Part shown: one piece after another, positions 11,899 to 23,215 of the stretch
Layout of the letters: every line of letters begins with the position of its first letter
Numbering within the stretch: position 1 is the first letter of the stretch
Source of the DNA: Carcharhinus amblyrhynchos
Lineage: Eukaryota
Direction: 5' to 3'
DNA: 64,000 nucleotides
NCBI GenBank assembly: GCA_965287045.1
Contig: OZ336877.1
Location: 6,448,001 to 6,512,000, forward strand
Notes under the pieces: generated by a model
Seen by the model: only the letters and a program-made list of their open reading frames with translations
Database searches by the model: none
What the model was told of the DNA's origin: nothing
Program-made: the position numbers and the translations under genes

Positions 11899-12497
11899 AA
11901 ATCACCAAGAGTGGCTCAGTCGCCTCACTCCTGACCGAGTTGGCCAGATCCTAAATGACAGAGCTGCTAGATTTGGACTGCAACAGTTGGTGAGAGAACC
12001 AGCAAGAGGGAAAGTCAAATTGGTCCTCACCTTCACCAACTTTCCTGCCATAGCTGCATCTGTCCATGACAGTATCGGTAGGTGTGACCACTACACAGTC
12101 TTTGTGGAGAGAAAGTTCTGTCTTCACATTGAGGATACCCTCCATTCCTCCAATGCGTGGCACTACCACTGTGCCAAATGGGTAGACTTTGAACAATTCT
12201 AGCAACTTAAGACTAGGCATCCATGTGGTGCTGTGAGCCATCAGCAGCAGCAGAACTGCACTCAACAACAATCTGTATTCTCGTGGCCCAGCATGTCCCC
12301 ACTCAACCATTACCATCAAGCGTAGCAACCACCCCTGGTTCAATGAAATGTGCAGGACGGCATGTCAGGAGCAGCACCAGGAATACCTAAAAATTAGGGG
12401 TCAACCTGGGGAAGATGCAGCCCAGGACTGATTGTATGTCAAGTGGCATAAGCAGCAAGCGATAGACAGAGCTAAGCAATTCCACAGTTAGCAGATC
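11899..12497 (+). mobile_element. CR1-group LINE AP-endonuclease region fragment
   Basis: HQEWL...LQQLVREPARGK..L.LTFTN...VHDSIGRCDH (TR/LDL/SDH APE motifs). Confidence 0.75.
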
Positions 12498-12504
12498 AAA
12501 GAGG

Positions 12505-13398
12505 TATATATATGGAGTATAATATCAAGGGTAAGACTCTTACATGTGTAGAGGATCAGAAGGACCTTGGGGTCCAGATCTATAGGACTCTTAAATCGGC
12601 CTCGCAGGTAGAGGATGTGGTTAAGAAGGCGTATGGTGTACTGGCCTTCATCAATCGAAGGATTGAGTTTAGGAGTCGGGAGATAATGCTGCAGCTTTCT
12701 AAGAACCTAGTCAGACCCCTCTTGGAGTACTGTACTCAGTTCAAGTATAGACACACAGAGGGACCTGGGTGTGCAAGTCAACAGATCCTTGAAGGTGGCA
12801 GTGCAGGTGGAGAAGGTGGTGAAGAAGGCATATGGCATGCTTGCCTTTATAGGACAGGGCATAGAGTATAAAAATTGGCATCTGATGTTACAGCTGTACA
12901 GAATGTTGGTTAGGCCACATTTGGAGTACTGCGTCCAGTTCTGGTTGCTGCACTACCAGAAGGATGTGGAGGCTTTGGAGAGAGTGCAGAGAAGCACTGA
13001 ACCAGGATGTTGCCTGGTATGGTGGCTCTTAGCTACGAGGAGAGATTGGGTAAACTTGGGTTGTTCTCCCTGGAAAGACAGAGAATGAGGGGAGACCTAA
13101 TAGAGGTGTATAAAATTATGAGGGGTATGGATAGGGTGAACAGGTCGGAGGTGACGAACACGAGGGGTCACAGGTTCAAGATGAGGGGGGAGCAAGGTTT
13201 AACTCAGATATCAGAGGGACGTATTTTACACAGAGGGTGGTGGGGGCCTGGAATACACTGCCAGGCAGGGTGGTGGAGGCAGACATGCTGGGATCATTTA
13301 AGACTTATCTGGATAGTCACATGAGCAGACTGGGAATGGAGGGATACAGAAGAATGGTCTAGTTGGACCAATGACCAGCGCAGGCTTGGAGGGTCTGT
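12505..13398 (+). mobile_element. Two abutting CR1 RT C-terminal fragments
   Basis: ORFs 12512-12871, 12771-13088 and 13007-13324; the KDLGVQ...KAYG.LAFI...LVRP.LEYC segment occurs twice in different subfamily versions. Confidence 0.9.
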
Positions 13399-14444
13399 AT
13401 TTAGCAACTTCTGCTGCCAGATTCACCCTTTGTTCCCACCAGTATCTTTACTGGAGCGAGTGGAACTATTTTATGCTCAGCTCTGACCAAGGGTAATCTA
13501 GACGTTGGCTCTATTCTCTCCCCACAGATGCTGTCAGACCTGCTGGGATTTTCGGCATGTTTTGTTTTTATTTTATACTCAACCAATGTATATATGTTTA
13601 TTGCTTTCTAATGGCTTTACTAACTGATCTATCCTAAAGCGTCAAATTGCCTGAATGATTTGAATATTTGCAGCTCTTAAAAATTGTCAGCTAAATTCAA
13701 AAGGAGCCGCCAAACATACACATAGAAGAACCATTCTCGAAATAGTGCACATGTTGGGATTCTATGACAAGACTTCTCTCTCAAACCTGGGGACTAAAGA
13801 TAAATAATAAAAGGCTGAATAAAAATGCAGAATAACATGTCCAAATTAACACTCCAATTATTATCATGTGCATTTGGTAAAGTTAACTTCTACAAGGCAA
13901 ACGGGGATAAATTTCCGAAAGTCAACATTGGCAAACACTATCTAATCCGCTCTTGAACAGAAAACAGCAGGTGGTTCATTTATTTTACTTTCCGATTATG
14001 AATCGGAATCTAATGAGTAATCATTTTGAAAAGTATATGTTATGACGGTTCACAGGAGACGTTCGGTCTCCAAATGACATTTGCGTGACACAAGTATCTT
14101 CTCATGTAGAGAACCTGTTGAAAGCAGGCAAGGGCGTTGGAGTCCAATATAAACAGCAGCGTGCACATTCCACAGGTCTCAATTCAGAGATGTGCCACAA
14201 GTGTTTCCAGATATCAGTCTCGGCAGGAGTGTATTTTCGCTTTTGTGTTGAATGTAATAAATAAACTGTCCATTGTCCTGCAATATATTGCATCTGTTTT
14301 GAGGACAGGGAATCAGTAGAGACGAAAGGACTTACGTTGGAAAGATGCAGCTAGAGTGAGATGTTAAAAAAAAATCAACAGTGATGACTAGCGCCGGGAA
14401 GATTTATCTATTAAAACAGTGGACACGCGTGTCCGTAGGTAACC

Positions 14445-16550
14445 AGTGTCCTTCCAGATGTTTTCCAGCAATCTCCAGGTGTTTTCCTGCAGCCTCCAAG
14501 AGGTTACCTGCAGTCTTTAGGTGGTTACCTGTAGTCTCCGGATAGTTACCGGCAGTCTCCGGATAGTTACCTGCAGTCTTCAGGTAGTCATCTGCAGTCT
14601 CCAGATAGTTACCTGAATTCTTCAATTAAGTTACCTCCAGTCTCCAGGTGGTTACCTGTAACCTTCGGGTAGTTATCTGCAGTCTCCAGGTGGTTACCTA
14701 TAGTCTTCAGATGGTTACCTGCAGTCTCCAGGTGGTTACCTGCATTCTTCAGTTGGTTACCTGCAGTCTCCAGATGGTTACCTGCAGTCTCCAGGTGGTT
14801 ACCTGCATTCTTCAGTTGGTTACCTGCAGTCTCCAGGCGGTTACCTGTAGTCTTCAGGTGGTTACCTGCAGTCTCCAGGTGGTTAACTGCATTCTTCAGT
14901 TGGTTACCTGCAGTCTCCAGATGGTTACCTGCAGTCTCCAGATGGTTACCTGCAGTCTCCAGGTGGTTACCTGCATTCTTCAGTTGGTTACCTGCAGTCT
15001 CCAGGTGGTTACCTGCATTCTTCAGTTGTTACCTGCAGTCTCCAGATGGTTACCTGCAGTCTCCAGGTGGTTACCTGCATTCTTCAGTTGGTTACCTGCA
15101 GTCTCCAGGTGGTTACCTGCATTCTTCAGTTGTTACCTGCAGTCTCCAGATGGTTATCTGCAGTCTCCAGGTGGTTACCTGCATTCTTCAGTTGGTTACC
15201 TGCAGTCTCCAGGCGGTTACCTGTAGTCTTCAGGTGGTTACCTGCAGTCTCCAGGTGGTTACCTGCATTCTTCAGTTGGTTACCTGCAGTCTCCAGATGG
15301 TTACCTGCAGTCTCCAGATGGTTACCTGCAGTCTCCAGGTGGTTACCTGCATTCTTCAGTTGGTTACCTGCAGTCTCCAGGTGGTTACCCGCATTCTTCA
15401 GTTGTTACCTGCAGTCTCCAGATGGTTACCTGCGGTCTCCAGGTGGTTACCTGCATTCTTCAGTTGTTACCTGCAGTCTCCAGGTGATTACCTGCAGTCT
15501 CCAAGTGGTTACCTGCAGTCTCCAGGTGGTTACCTGCATTCTTCAGTTGTTACCTGCAGTCTCCAGGTGGTTACCTGCAGTCTCCAGGTGGTTACCTGCA
15601 TTCTTCAGTTGTTACCTGCAGTCTCCAGGTGGTTACCTGCAGTCTCCAGGTGATTACCTGTAGTCTTCAGGTAGTTATCTGCAGTCTCCAGGTAGTTATC
15701 TGCAGTCTCCAGGTGATTACCTGCAGTCTCCAAGTGGTTACCTGTAGTCTTCAGGTGGTTACCTGTAGTCTTCAGGTAGTTATCTGCAGTCTCCAGGTAG
15801 TTATCTGCAGTCTCCAGGTGATTACCTGCAGTCTCCAAGTGGTTACCTGCATTCTTCAGTTGTTACCTGCAGTCTCCAGGTGATTACCTGCAGTCTCCAA
15901 GTGGTTACCTGCAGTCTCCAGGTGGTTACCTGCATTCTTCAGTTGTTACCTGCAGTCTCCAGGTGGTTATCTGCAGTCTCCAGGTGGTTACCTGCATTCT
16001 TCAGTTGTTACCTGCAGTCTCCAGGTGATTACCTGTAGTCTTCAGGTAGTTATCTGCAGTCTCCAGGTAGTTATCTGCAGTCTCCAGGTGATTACCTGCA
16101 GTCTCCAAGTGGTTACCTGTAGTCTCCAGGTGGTTACCTGTAGTCTTCAGGTAGTTATCTGCAGTCTCCAGGTAGTTATCTGCAGTCTCCAGGTGATTAC
16201 CTGCAGTCTCCAAGTGGTTACCTGCATTCTTCAGTTGTTACCTGCAGTCTCCAGGTGATTACCTGCAGTCTCCAAGTGGTTACCTGCAGTCTCCAGGTGG
16301 TTACCTGCATTCTTCAGTTGTTACCTGCAGTCTCCAGGTGGTTATCTGCAGTCTCCAGGTGGTTACCTGCATTCTTCAGTTGTTACCTGCAGTCTCCAGG
16401 TGGTTACCTGCAGTCTTCAGGTAGTTATCTGCAGTCTCCAGGTAGTTATCTGCAGTCTCCAGGTGATTACCTGCAGTCTCCAGGTGGTTACCTGTAGTCT
16501 CCAGGTGGTTACCTGTAGTCTTCAGGTAGTTTACCTGCAACCTCCAGGTG
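14445..16550. repeat. 21-bp minisatellite (consensus GGTTACCTGCAGTCTCCAGGT), ~100 units with variant units and higher-order repeats
   Basis: Directly visible; variants GCATTCTTCAGTT(G), CAGATG, CAAGTG, GTGATTACC, GTAGTTATC; degenerate left edge. Confidence 0.98.
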
Positions 16551-16772
16551 CCAATGACGCGCACAACCTTCCAATCAGAACCCTGCTCGGATGGCTCGCG
16601 GCATCACCATATCGACAGGGAGAGCTGACGTCCAATCCCCGGGGAGTTGCCGCGGCAACTTCCCGACCTCAGCCAATCAGAGTTTGAGTCGCGCGGGAGG
16701 CGGCATTATAAAATGCAGGAAGCGGGCGGCAGAGAGAGGCAGAGTGAGGGGGGAAGTGATACTGCTGGCAGC
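16551..16772 (+). promoter_or_regulatory. CpG-rich core promoter and 5' UTR of the CCN gene
   Basis: CCAAT at 16551, 16571, 16632 and 16673; TGACGT 16626-16631; palindrome AGTTGCCGCGGCAACT 16645-16660 (RFX X-box consensus); GC box ~16695; TATAAAA 16707-16713, 60 bp before the ATG. Confidence 0.75.
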
Positions 16773-16823
16773 ATGCAGCAACTCACTGCCACACTGCTGC
16801 TTTTACTCATACTTGTAATTGAG
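16773..16823 (+). CDS. CCN3: CCN3-like exon 1 (signal peptide)
   Basis: GCAGCATG start; MQQLTATLLLLLILVIE; donor GAG|GTGAAT; phase 0 matches exon 2. Confidence 0.85.
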
Positions 16824-16996
16824 GTGAATATGGTTCACAGCACAATCGAGAATATCCCGCACTAGTCTAATAAAGGAATTTAAAACTGATAAATTTGCAA
16901 AAAAAAGAAGAGTTAGGAAGCTGTGTGAAGGGAACAAGTACAGATTTCAGCTTTGGAATTTCAAAACTTTTTGTGTTGCCTCTTTCTGTTTTACAG

Positions 16997-17216
16997 TGGC
17001 TCGGTGCCCAGCCGTGTTCTTCCCCTTGCAAGTGCCCGAAGGACCCGCCAACATGTACACCCGGGGTGCGGCTGGTGTTGGATGGCTGCGGCTGCTGCCA
17101 GGTTTGTGCCAAGCAAGCGGGCGAGGTCTGCACCCCGGGCGACACCTGTGACTCGCAGCAGGGGCTGCAGTGCGACTACAGCGCTGACAGTCGCCAGGAG
17201 CTGGGCGTTTGCATCG
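16997..17216 (+). CDS. CCN3: CCN3-like exon 2 (IGFBP domain)
   Basis: TTTTACAG acceptor; [13 protein letters not shown]...[13 protein letters not shown]...GVCI; donor G|GTGAGT. Confidence 0.96.
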
Positions 17217-17469
17217 GTGAGTTTACAGCCTAACCAGCCTGCCTTCATTTCCAGAAAAGCACTACAGTTATTCACAATCAATATTGGGTTAGTACGCGCA
17301 CTCCTTGGCGGGTCCTGCTGAGAAGGAATGAATGCTGATATGAGCCAGGTAATGTTATGCAGGCTCAAAGAATTGTGTGTACAGTTTGTTAAATACTAAT
17401 GAATTGATAGCTGAGACTCGGTTATATACTAATAAATAATCAAGCAGCTCAGATAATGTAAACTATAGT

Positions 17470-18200
17470 TTGTCTACAGATCCCTGAAGGCGGCATAGTT
17501 CTTAGGATAGTTAAGAAGACCACAGGACACTCAGTCCCAGTATAAATTATAAAAGCAGGGAGGTGATGTTGGAGCTGTACAAAACTTTGGTTGGGTCACA
17601 GCTGGAGTAAAAGTGTGCAGTTCTGGTCACCTCACTACAGGAAGGATGTGATTGCCTTTGGAGAGGGTGCAGAGGAGAGTCACCAGAATGTTGCCTGGGA
17701 TGGGGCATTTGAGCTATGAGAGGCTGGATAGGCTTGGGTTGTTTTATTTGAGTAAGAAGTCTCTCAGCACCAGATTAAAGTCCAACAGGTTTATTTAACC
17801 TGGGTTTTAACCTGGTGTTGTGAGACTTCTTACTGTGTTTACTCCAGTCCAATGGTGGCATCTCCACATCTTGTTTTATTTGATGCTGAGGGGGAACCCG
17901 ATTGAGGTGTATAATATGGATGGGAAGCAGATGTTCTCCTTGGCTGAAGGGTCAATAATGTGGAAACTTCATTTTAAAGTGAGGGGCAGGAAGTTTAGAG
18001 GATCTGAGGTGGGGGTCTGTAATACATTACCTGGGATGATGGTAGAGGTGGGAAACCTCTATTAAAAAGTATGTGGATGAGCACTTGAGATGCCATAACA
18101 TTCAAGGCTGTGGGCCAAGTGCTGGGAAGTGTGACTAGTGTAGATTAAGTGTAATTTTTGTTGGTGCAGACCTGATGGGCTGAAGGGTCTCTTCTGTACA
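17470..18200 (+). mobile_element. Decayed CR1 3' fragment in intron 2
   Basis: GGAGCTGTACAAAACTTTGGTTGGGTCACAGCTGGAGTA...CAGTTCTGGTCACC; 3' end GATGGGCTGAAGGGTCTCTTCTGT. Confidence 0.8.
17752..17870. mobile_element. 119-bp Penelope-derived fold-back insert with 13-bp target-site duplication
   Basis: TTGTTTTATTTGA at 17739-17751 and 17871-17883; internal inverted repeat GTAAGAAGTCTC...GAGACTTCTTAC. Confidence 0.85.
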
Positions 18201-20249
18201 GTTCCTCCTCTAAAGGAGGACAAAATGTTAGGACCAAAGAGCCTGAGGGAAATATGGGAATGAAATAGTGGAGGCTGTATAAGTTATGAGGAGAAGTTTC
18301 TGTGAGGGAGTTTCTTGATTGTTGAGGGGTAACTGTAAGATTTGGAGAAATCCTGAAAGAATGGAATAATAGATTGGACTGAAATAATTGTTATTTTTCT
18401 GAGGTTTGTATAGTTTTCTGACATTTGCTGGGCAATCAGAAGTTCTGTGAGAATTGGTCCCATTTTTAGCATTCTGTTAAGAATGATTTAGCTGAAAATT
18501 CTTATTTTTCCAACCACAAGATAAATATGCTGCAATGTGATCTATGTCCAATTTACATTCTGACCTATGCTAATGATATATACCAATTTTGGCAGAAATT
18601 GTCAAGGGGCAAGAGCTGTTTCAATTCAGCCATTACTTGCCAGAAACACCAGGCCATATACGGACAATGGACAACTCCAGAATGTCCATGTTTGGCATAC
18701 TTTTACAAGGGTAACAGGGCTAACCTGGGTAGCTTAAAGCCAGTTAAGTAAAATTGGAAATCTTTACTTTAATTAAAGATGAAAAAACAAACATGTGGAT
18801 GAAGAGAAAATAATTAAAAGATACGACCTCTAATTCAGAAAGGAAGATTGTGATGGCATACCTCAGTTATTTGAGGTGACAGAAACGAAGGATAATGCTG
18901 TAGCTGTGAGGTATAAAGACGTTCATATCACACACACAGAATGTTGAAGGGTTAAGAAGTTGAACCTGACAATTAGTTTGATGGAAAGAAATTGTAAAAC
19001 TTCAAGGTGGGTTCTCTGGTTGGAAGTGGGTAGAATTGTGGTGTTGGATTATGTTCTGCATCTATTCGCTGTGTGCATCGATAATGTGAATACAAAGTTT
19101 GAGTACTTGCGTGATGTACAAACAATACTAAAATAGGAGGTATGTTAAATAATTCTGAGGATGAAAGAGAACCGCAAGAGGATAGCGATATGATGATGGA
19201 AATGGATAGCAATGCGACAAACATATTTCAGTGTCTATAAATAAATAAAAAGATGATAGTTTGAATGGGAAAATGGTCAAATAATATCGACAAGTGGGGA
19301 AATCTGAAGCTTTAGTTTCACAAAATATTTCAGGCATCCTCAAATAGAAAGCCGATGGAATACTGGGTTTAATAACTAGTGATATAAAAGAGTTGGGTTG
19401 AAGTGTATCAAAAGTTTGTAAAACTTTAGTAAGATCATAGTTCCCGAGATGGAAAGCATGTTAAGATAATAGAGTGCTGTCTGGTATAAGGAAATAGAAA
19501 TACAAAGGGAAATGGAAAATATGGACTGTTTTCATTAGAAGAAATGAACTTAGAAAAATAAATACCTTTATTGTAAGTGATTCTTTCCTGGTTTGGGGAG
19601 TATCGATGATAGAAAATAATGATTTGTTCCTTGAGGAACCACAATCATTGTCCAACTGTGTACCTTTCTAGGGATAGTTAGCAATTTTTCTGTCAAGCGA
19701 GAGGTTCACTATAATTTGTAAAAGCTGTAGTTCTAAAACTTCAATTCTAAACAAACTGAATTAAGGGAATGTCAAACATTCCTTATATAGCTAGGTATGG
19801 TAGAGTTACTGATACTCCATTGTTGCCATTACGATGCACCCCTATTGAAATGTAGGGCTGGACAGATAAGTGAAATTGTTCTGCTGTAGTTTCCTCACCC
19901 TCTCCACTTTGAAAATGGCCCCAGCAATTAGTAGAGGCAGTACCCTAATTACATGAAGTAATTTAATTCTTGGGTTTTTTTTTGCAATGACAACATTGAA
20001 GAAAATGATTTTCAAATAAATGTTATGCCTAAGTATTTGTTTGTGTGAACAGTTTCCTACAATGCAACATTCCTCTGGACTCTTTAGCAACTTGGGGCTA
20101 GGCTATTATGATAACATTTCTTGTGCATCTTATTGCTTCAAATAATAAGGGAAATCTCAGCCTGCAGGCGGTGAAACAACACAAGTTGATTAAACACTGA
20201 CATTCTTAACACTGGGACAACTATATCAATTCATCAAGGAAATAAAAAG

Positions 20250-20535
20250 GTGGTACGGTGGTTAGCAATGCTGCATCACGGCACCAGGGACCTAGGTTTA
20301 ATTCCCAGCTTGGGTCATTGTCTGTGCGGAGTGTGCACATTCTCCCAATGTCTGCATGGGTTTCTTCCAGATTCTCTGGTTTCCTCCCACAGTCCGAAAA
20401 ACATGCTGTTTAGGTGTATTGGCCATGCTAAATTCTCCCTCTGTGTACCCAAACAGGCACTGGAGTGTGGCGACTAGGGGATTTTCACAGTATCATCATT
20501 AGTATTAATGTAAGCCTACTTGTGTTGCTAATGTA
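20250..20535 (+). mobile_element. V-SINE with tail B
   Basis: tRNA-like head, V-domain, GGAGTGTGGCGACTAGGGGATTTTCACAGT...AATGTAAGCCTACTTGTG. Confidence 0.85.
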
Positions 20536-21570
20536 TAAACTTCTATATAATTTAAAAAATTAAACATTAAAAGTGCTTTTGGCTTGTGTTCTGAAGAAAT
20601 TAATTCCAAACTACTTAAAAATCCAAAAGGATATAATTTTCCACCAGTAATCTCTGTAAACAGGAAGATATTCGGTAGAGACTAAATTTCTCCCCTTTCT
20701 CTACCCCTATCTCCTTCATCTGCCCTGTTGAACAATCTTTTGTCCAATAGTGGTGGTGAAATGGATGACCCACTCTTTTTATATGTTGAAAGTAAGGAAA
20801 GCCATGCCAAGGAGAAAGCTGCATGTTGCAGGTGTCTTTTGGTGCCCATGTGAATGGGAAGCAGAGACTTGATTTTACAGAACAGAAACTGAGATATTGC
20901 TTCATGGCTACAACTAGTAGCAATGCAATCATTCATCCAGTTGTATTCCCACACTCTGTCCCACCAAGCCCTACCCCAGACTGCAACTGTTCTAGATCTC
21001 TGGTGGTAGCATGAGGCTTTACGATGCAGGTTTGCTCAGAAACCTTGCTGTTGATATTCATAATTTATAACCTTCAATTCAGAGAAGCAAGTATTGTATG
21101 TAGTTAGGTCAGCAAACTCAGGCTGTCAGTTAAAGTGACACGGGGTACCTCTACTCTATTGTTAGGAACGTAAAGACAGTTCAGTGGACCCATGTCTTTT
21201 CAAGTTTAAAAATTAATATCTGTGTCAATTATTCTACAGATGAGGCACAGCAAAACCTACAGGATTAGTTTCAGAGGAATTTGTGTGCAGCTTGTTTGAC
21301 ATGAAGCAATGCCACTGCGGTTGCTGCATGAATGCTAAGATGCAATGTAATCAGAATATAAATGATTACTTCATTCTTCCCCCTCATTATGGAGTATGAA
21401 TGTCACAACATTCTCCTGGCATACAGAGTATTGTCTCTGGGTGAAGTACAGGTTGGATTTTGGGATGCCTGTTTAACGTACAAGTGTGTGGCCATTCAGT
21501 TTTAACAAATCTTATTAAAGTAAGCAATCATTGAAAGAAAATGATTGTGAAATGAAAGTACAGTGGTTAT

Positions 21571-21897
21571 GGGTGGCACGGTAGCATAGTGGTTAGCACT
21601 GCTGCTTCACAGCTCCAGGGACCTGGGTTCAATTCCCGGCTCAGGTCACTGTCTGTGTGGAGTTTGCACATTCTCCTCGTGTCTGCGTGGGTTTCCTCCC
21701 ACAGTCCAAAGATGTGTGGGTTAGGTTGATTGACCATACTAAAATTGCCTTTTAGTGTCCTGGGATGCGTAGGTTAGAGGGATTAGCGGGTAAATGTGTA
21801 GGGATACGGGGATAGGGCCTGGATGGGATTGTGGTCGGTGCAGACTCGATGGGCCGAAGGGCCTCTTTCTGCACTGTAGGGTTCTATGTTCTATTCT
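21571..21897 (+). mobile_element. HE1 SINE (near full length)
   Basis: GGGTGGCACGGTAGCATAGTGGTTAGCACTGCTGC head, V-domain and HER1-type tail. Confidence 0.92.
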
Positions 21898-22133
21898 AAA
21901 ATTGATTTTGTACTTTGCCAAGAAATTTCCAAATACTGCATGTTAACCAACATAGATTATACAACTATTGAATAATTAAGAAAATTAAAGTGCGTGTTTT
22001 ACAAGTGCTTATTTCCTCCCACTATAATCTTATTAAACAAATGCGTGATTGTTTCTAAGATCTAGATCTAATTTGACGGCATTTGTAATAAGAATGAAAT
22101 AAACTGTTAACGCTCTTTATCTTTGAATTCCAG

Positions 22134-22385
22134 CACATGAAGGTCGTATTTGCATGTACGATGGAGTTGTCTATCGAAATGGTGAGATATTTCAGCCAAG
22201 CTGCAAATATCAATGTTCGTGTAAAGATGGCCTGATTGGCTGTGTGCCCCGCTGTAACCTGGATGTCCTGTTGCCAGGCCCTGATTGCCCATTTCCCAAA
22301 CAAGTACAGATGCCAGGAGAATGTTGTGAGCAATGGATATGTGACCACAAACAAGAAACTCCTATTGGAGGATTTGCAATGGCAG
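22134..22385 (+). CDS. CCN3: CCN3-like exon 3 (VWC domain and hinge)
   Basis: TTCCAG acceptor; (A)HEGRICMYDGVVYRNGEIFQPSCKYQCSC...GECCEQWICDHKQETPIGGFAMA; donor G|GTAGG. Confidence 0.97.
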
Positions 22386-22539
22386 GTAGGATACAATGGT
22401 TACGTATTCTTTTCGCTGATTATAAACTGTGGATGTAATGTATAAATAAGCAACTGATTCGCTGGCTCAAACTTTCAGCTGCATTTGAATTCCAGCAGAG
22501 CATTAGAGAGATGCGGCACCCAAAATATTTTGTCAGTTT

Positions 22540-22985
22540 GAGAACATAGAACATAGAAAAACTACAGCACAAACACGCCCTTGGGCCCACAAGTTGCACC
22601 AAATGTGTCCCTGCCTACTAGGCTTACCTGTAACCCTCTATCTTACTAAGTCCCATGTACTTATCCAAAAGTCTCTTAAAAGACCCTATCGAGTTCATCT
22701 CCACCATCTCTGCCAGCAGCCGATTCCATGCACCCACCACCCTCTGAGTGAAAAACCTACCCCTGACATGTCCTCTGTACCTACTCCCCAGCACCTTAAA
22801 CTTGTGTCCTGTCGTGGCAGCCATTTCAGCCCTGGGAAAAAGCCTCTGAGAATCCACCCGATCAATACCTCTCAACATCTTTTACACCACCATCAGGTCA
22901 CCTCTCATCCTTCATCTGTCTAAGGAGAAAAGACCAAGCTCTCTCAACCTATCCTCATAAGGCATGCCACCTAATCCAGGCAACA
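22540..22985 (-). mobile_element. CR1 LINE 3' fragment
   Basis: ORF 22624-22878 ...[13 protein letters not shown]...FKRLLDKYM; (CATAGAA)n tail. Confidence 0.9.
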
Positions 22986-23215
22986 AAGACCAAGTATAAA
23001 TTTGTAATTGGTGTGTACTATAAATTAATGGCTAAAATGATAGGTTGCATATGGGATGGACATATGAATCGATCTTTGATGTTTCTCTTTATCATGTACA
23101 ATTTTACATTTTTAAACAAATATCCTAGTTTGACAGGGCAGGTACTAAGCTGCATGACAACAATCCCATGTCTATGATGGGTTAGCTGTAAGTTCTTCTG
23201 GGACAATGGTGGCCC

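Noticed and set aside
14445-16550. CRISPR-like array
   Set aside because: Units are contiguous with no unique spacers, the context is eukaryotic and there are no cas genes.
14404-16687. Many ORFs in the array (VVTCSLQ, WLPAVSR and ETAGNHL heptad repeats) suggesting a repeat protein
   Set aside because: These are by-products of a stop-poor 21-bp unit. The 20-bp variant units shift frame repeatedly, and there is no splice or start context.
16713-16772. In-frame upstream ATG that would add 20 aa (MQEAGGRERQSEGGSDTAGS) to the CCN protein
   Set aside because: It overlaps the TATA box and so probably lies upstream of the transcription start; the ATG at 16773 directly opens a typical signal peptide.
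16895-17233. Single-exon ORF calls over CCN exons (also 22154-22438 and 27452-27652)
   Set aside because: They run through splice sites; the spliced model with consistent phases explains them.
21571-21645. tRNA gene-like A/B boxes
   Set aside because: These are SINE heads continuing into the V-domain; there is no complete cloverleaf.
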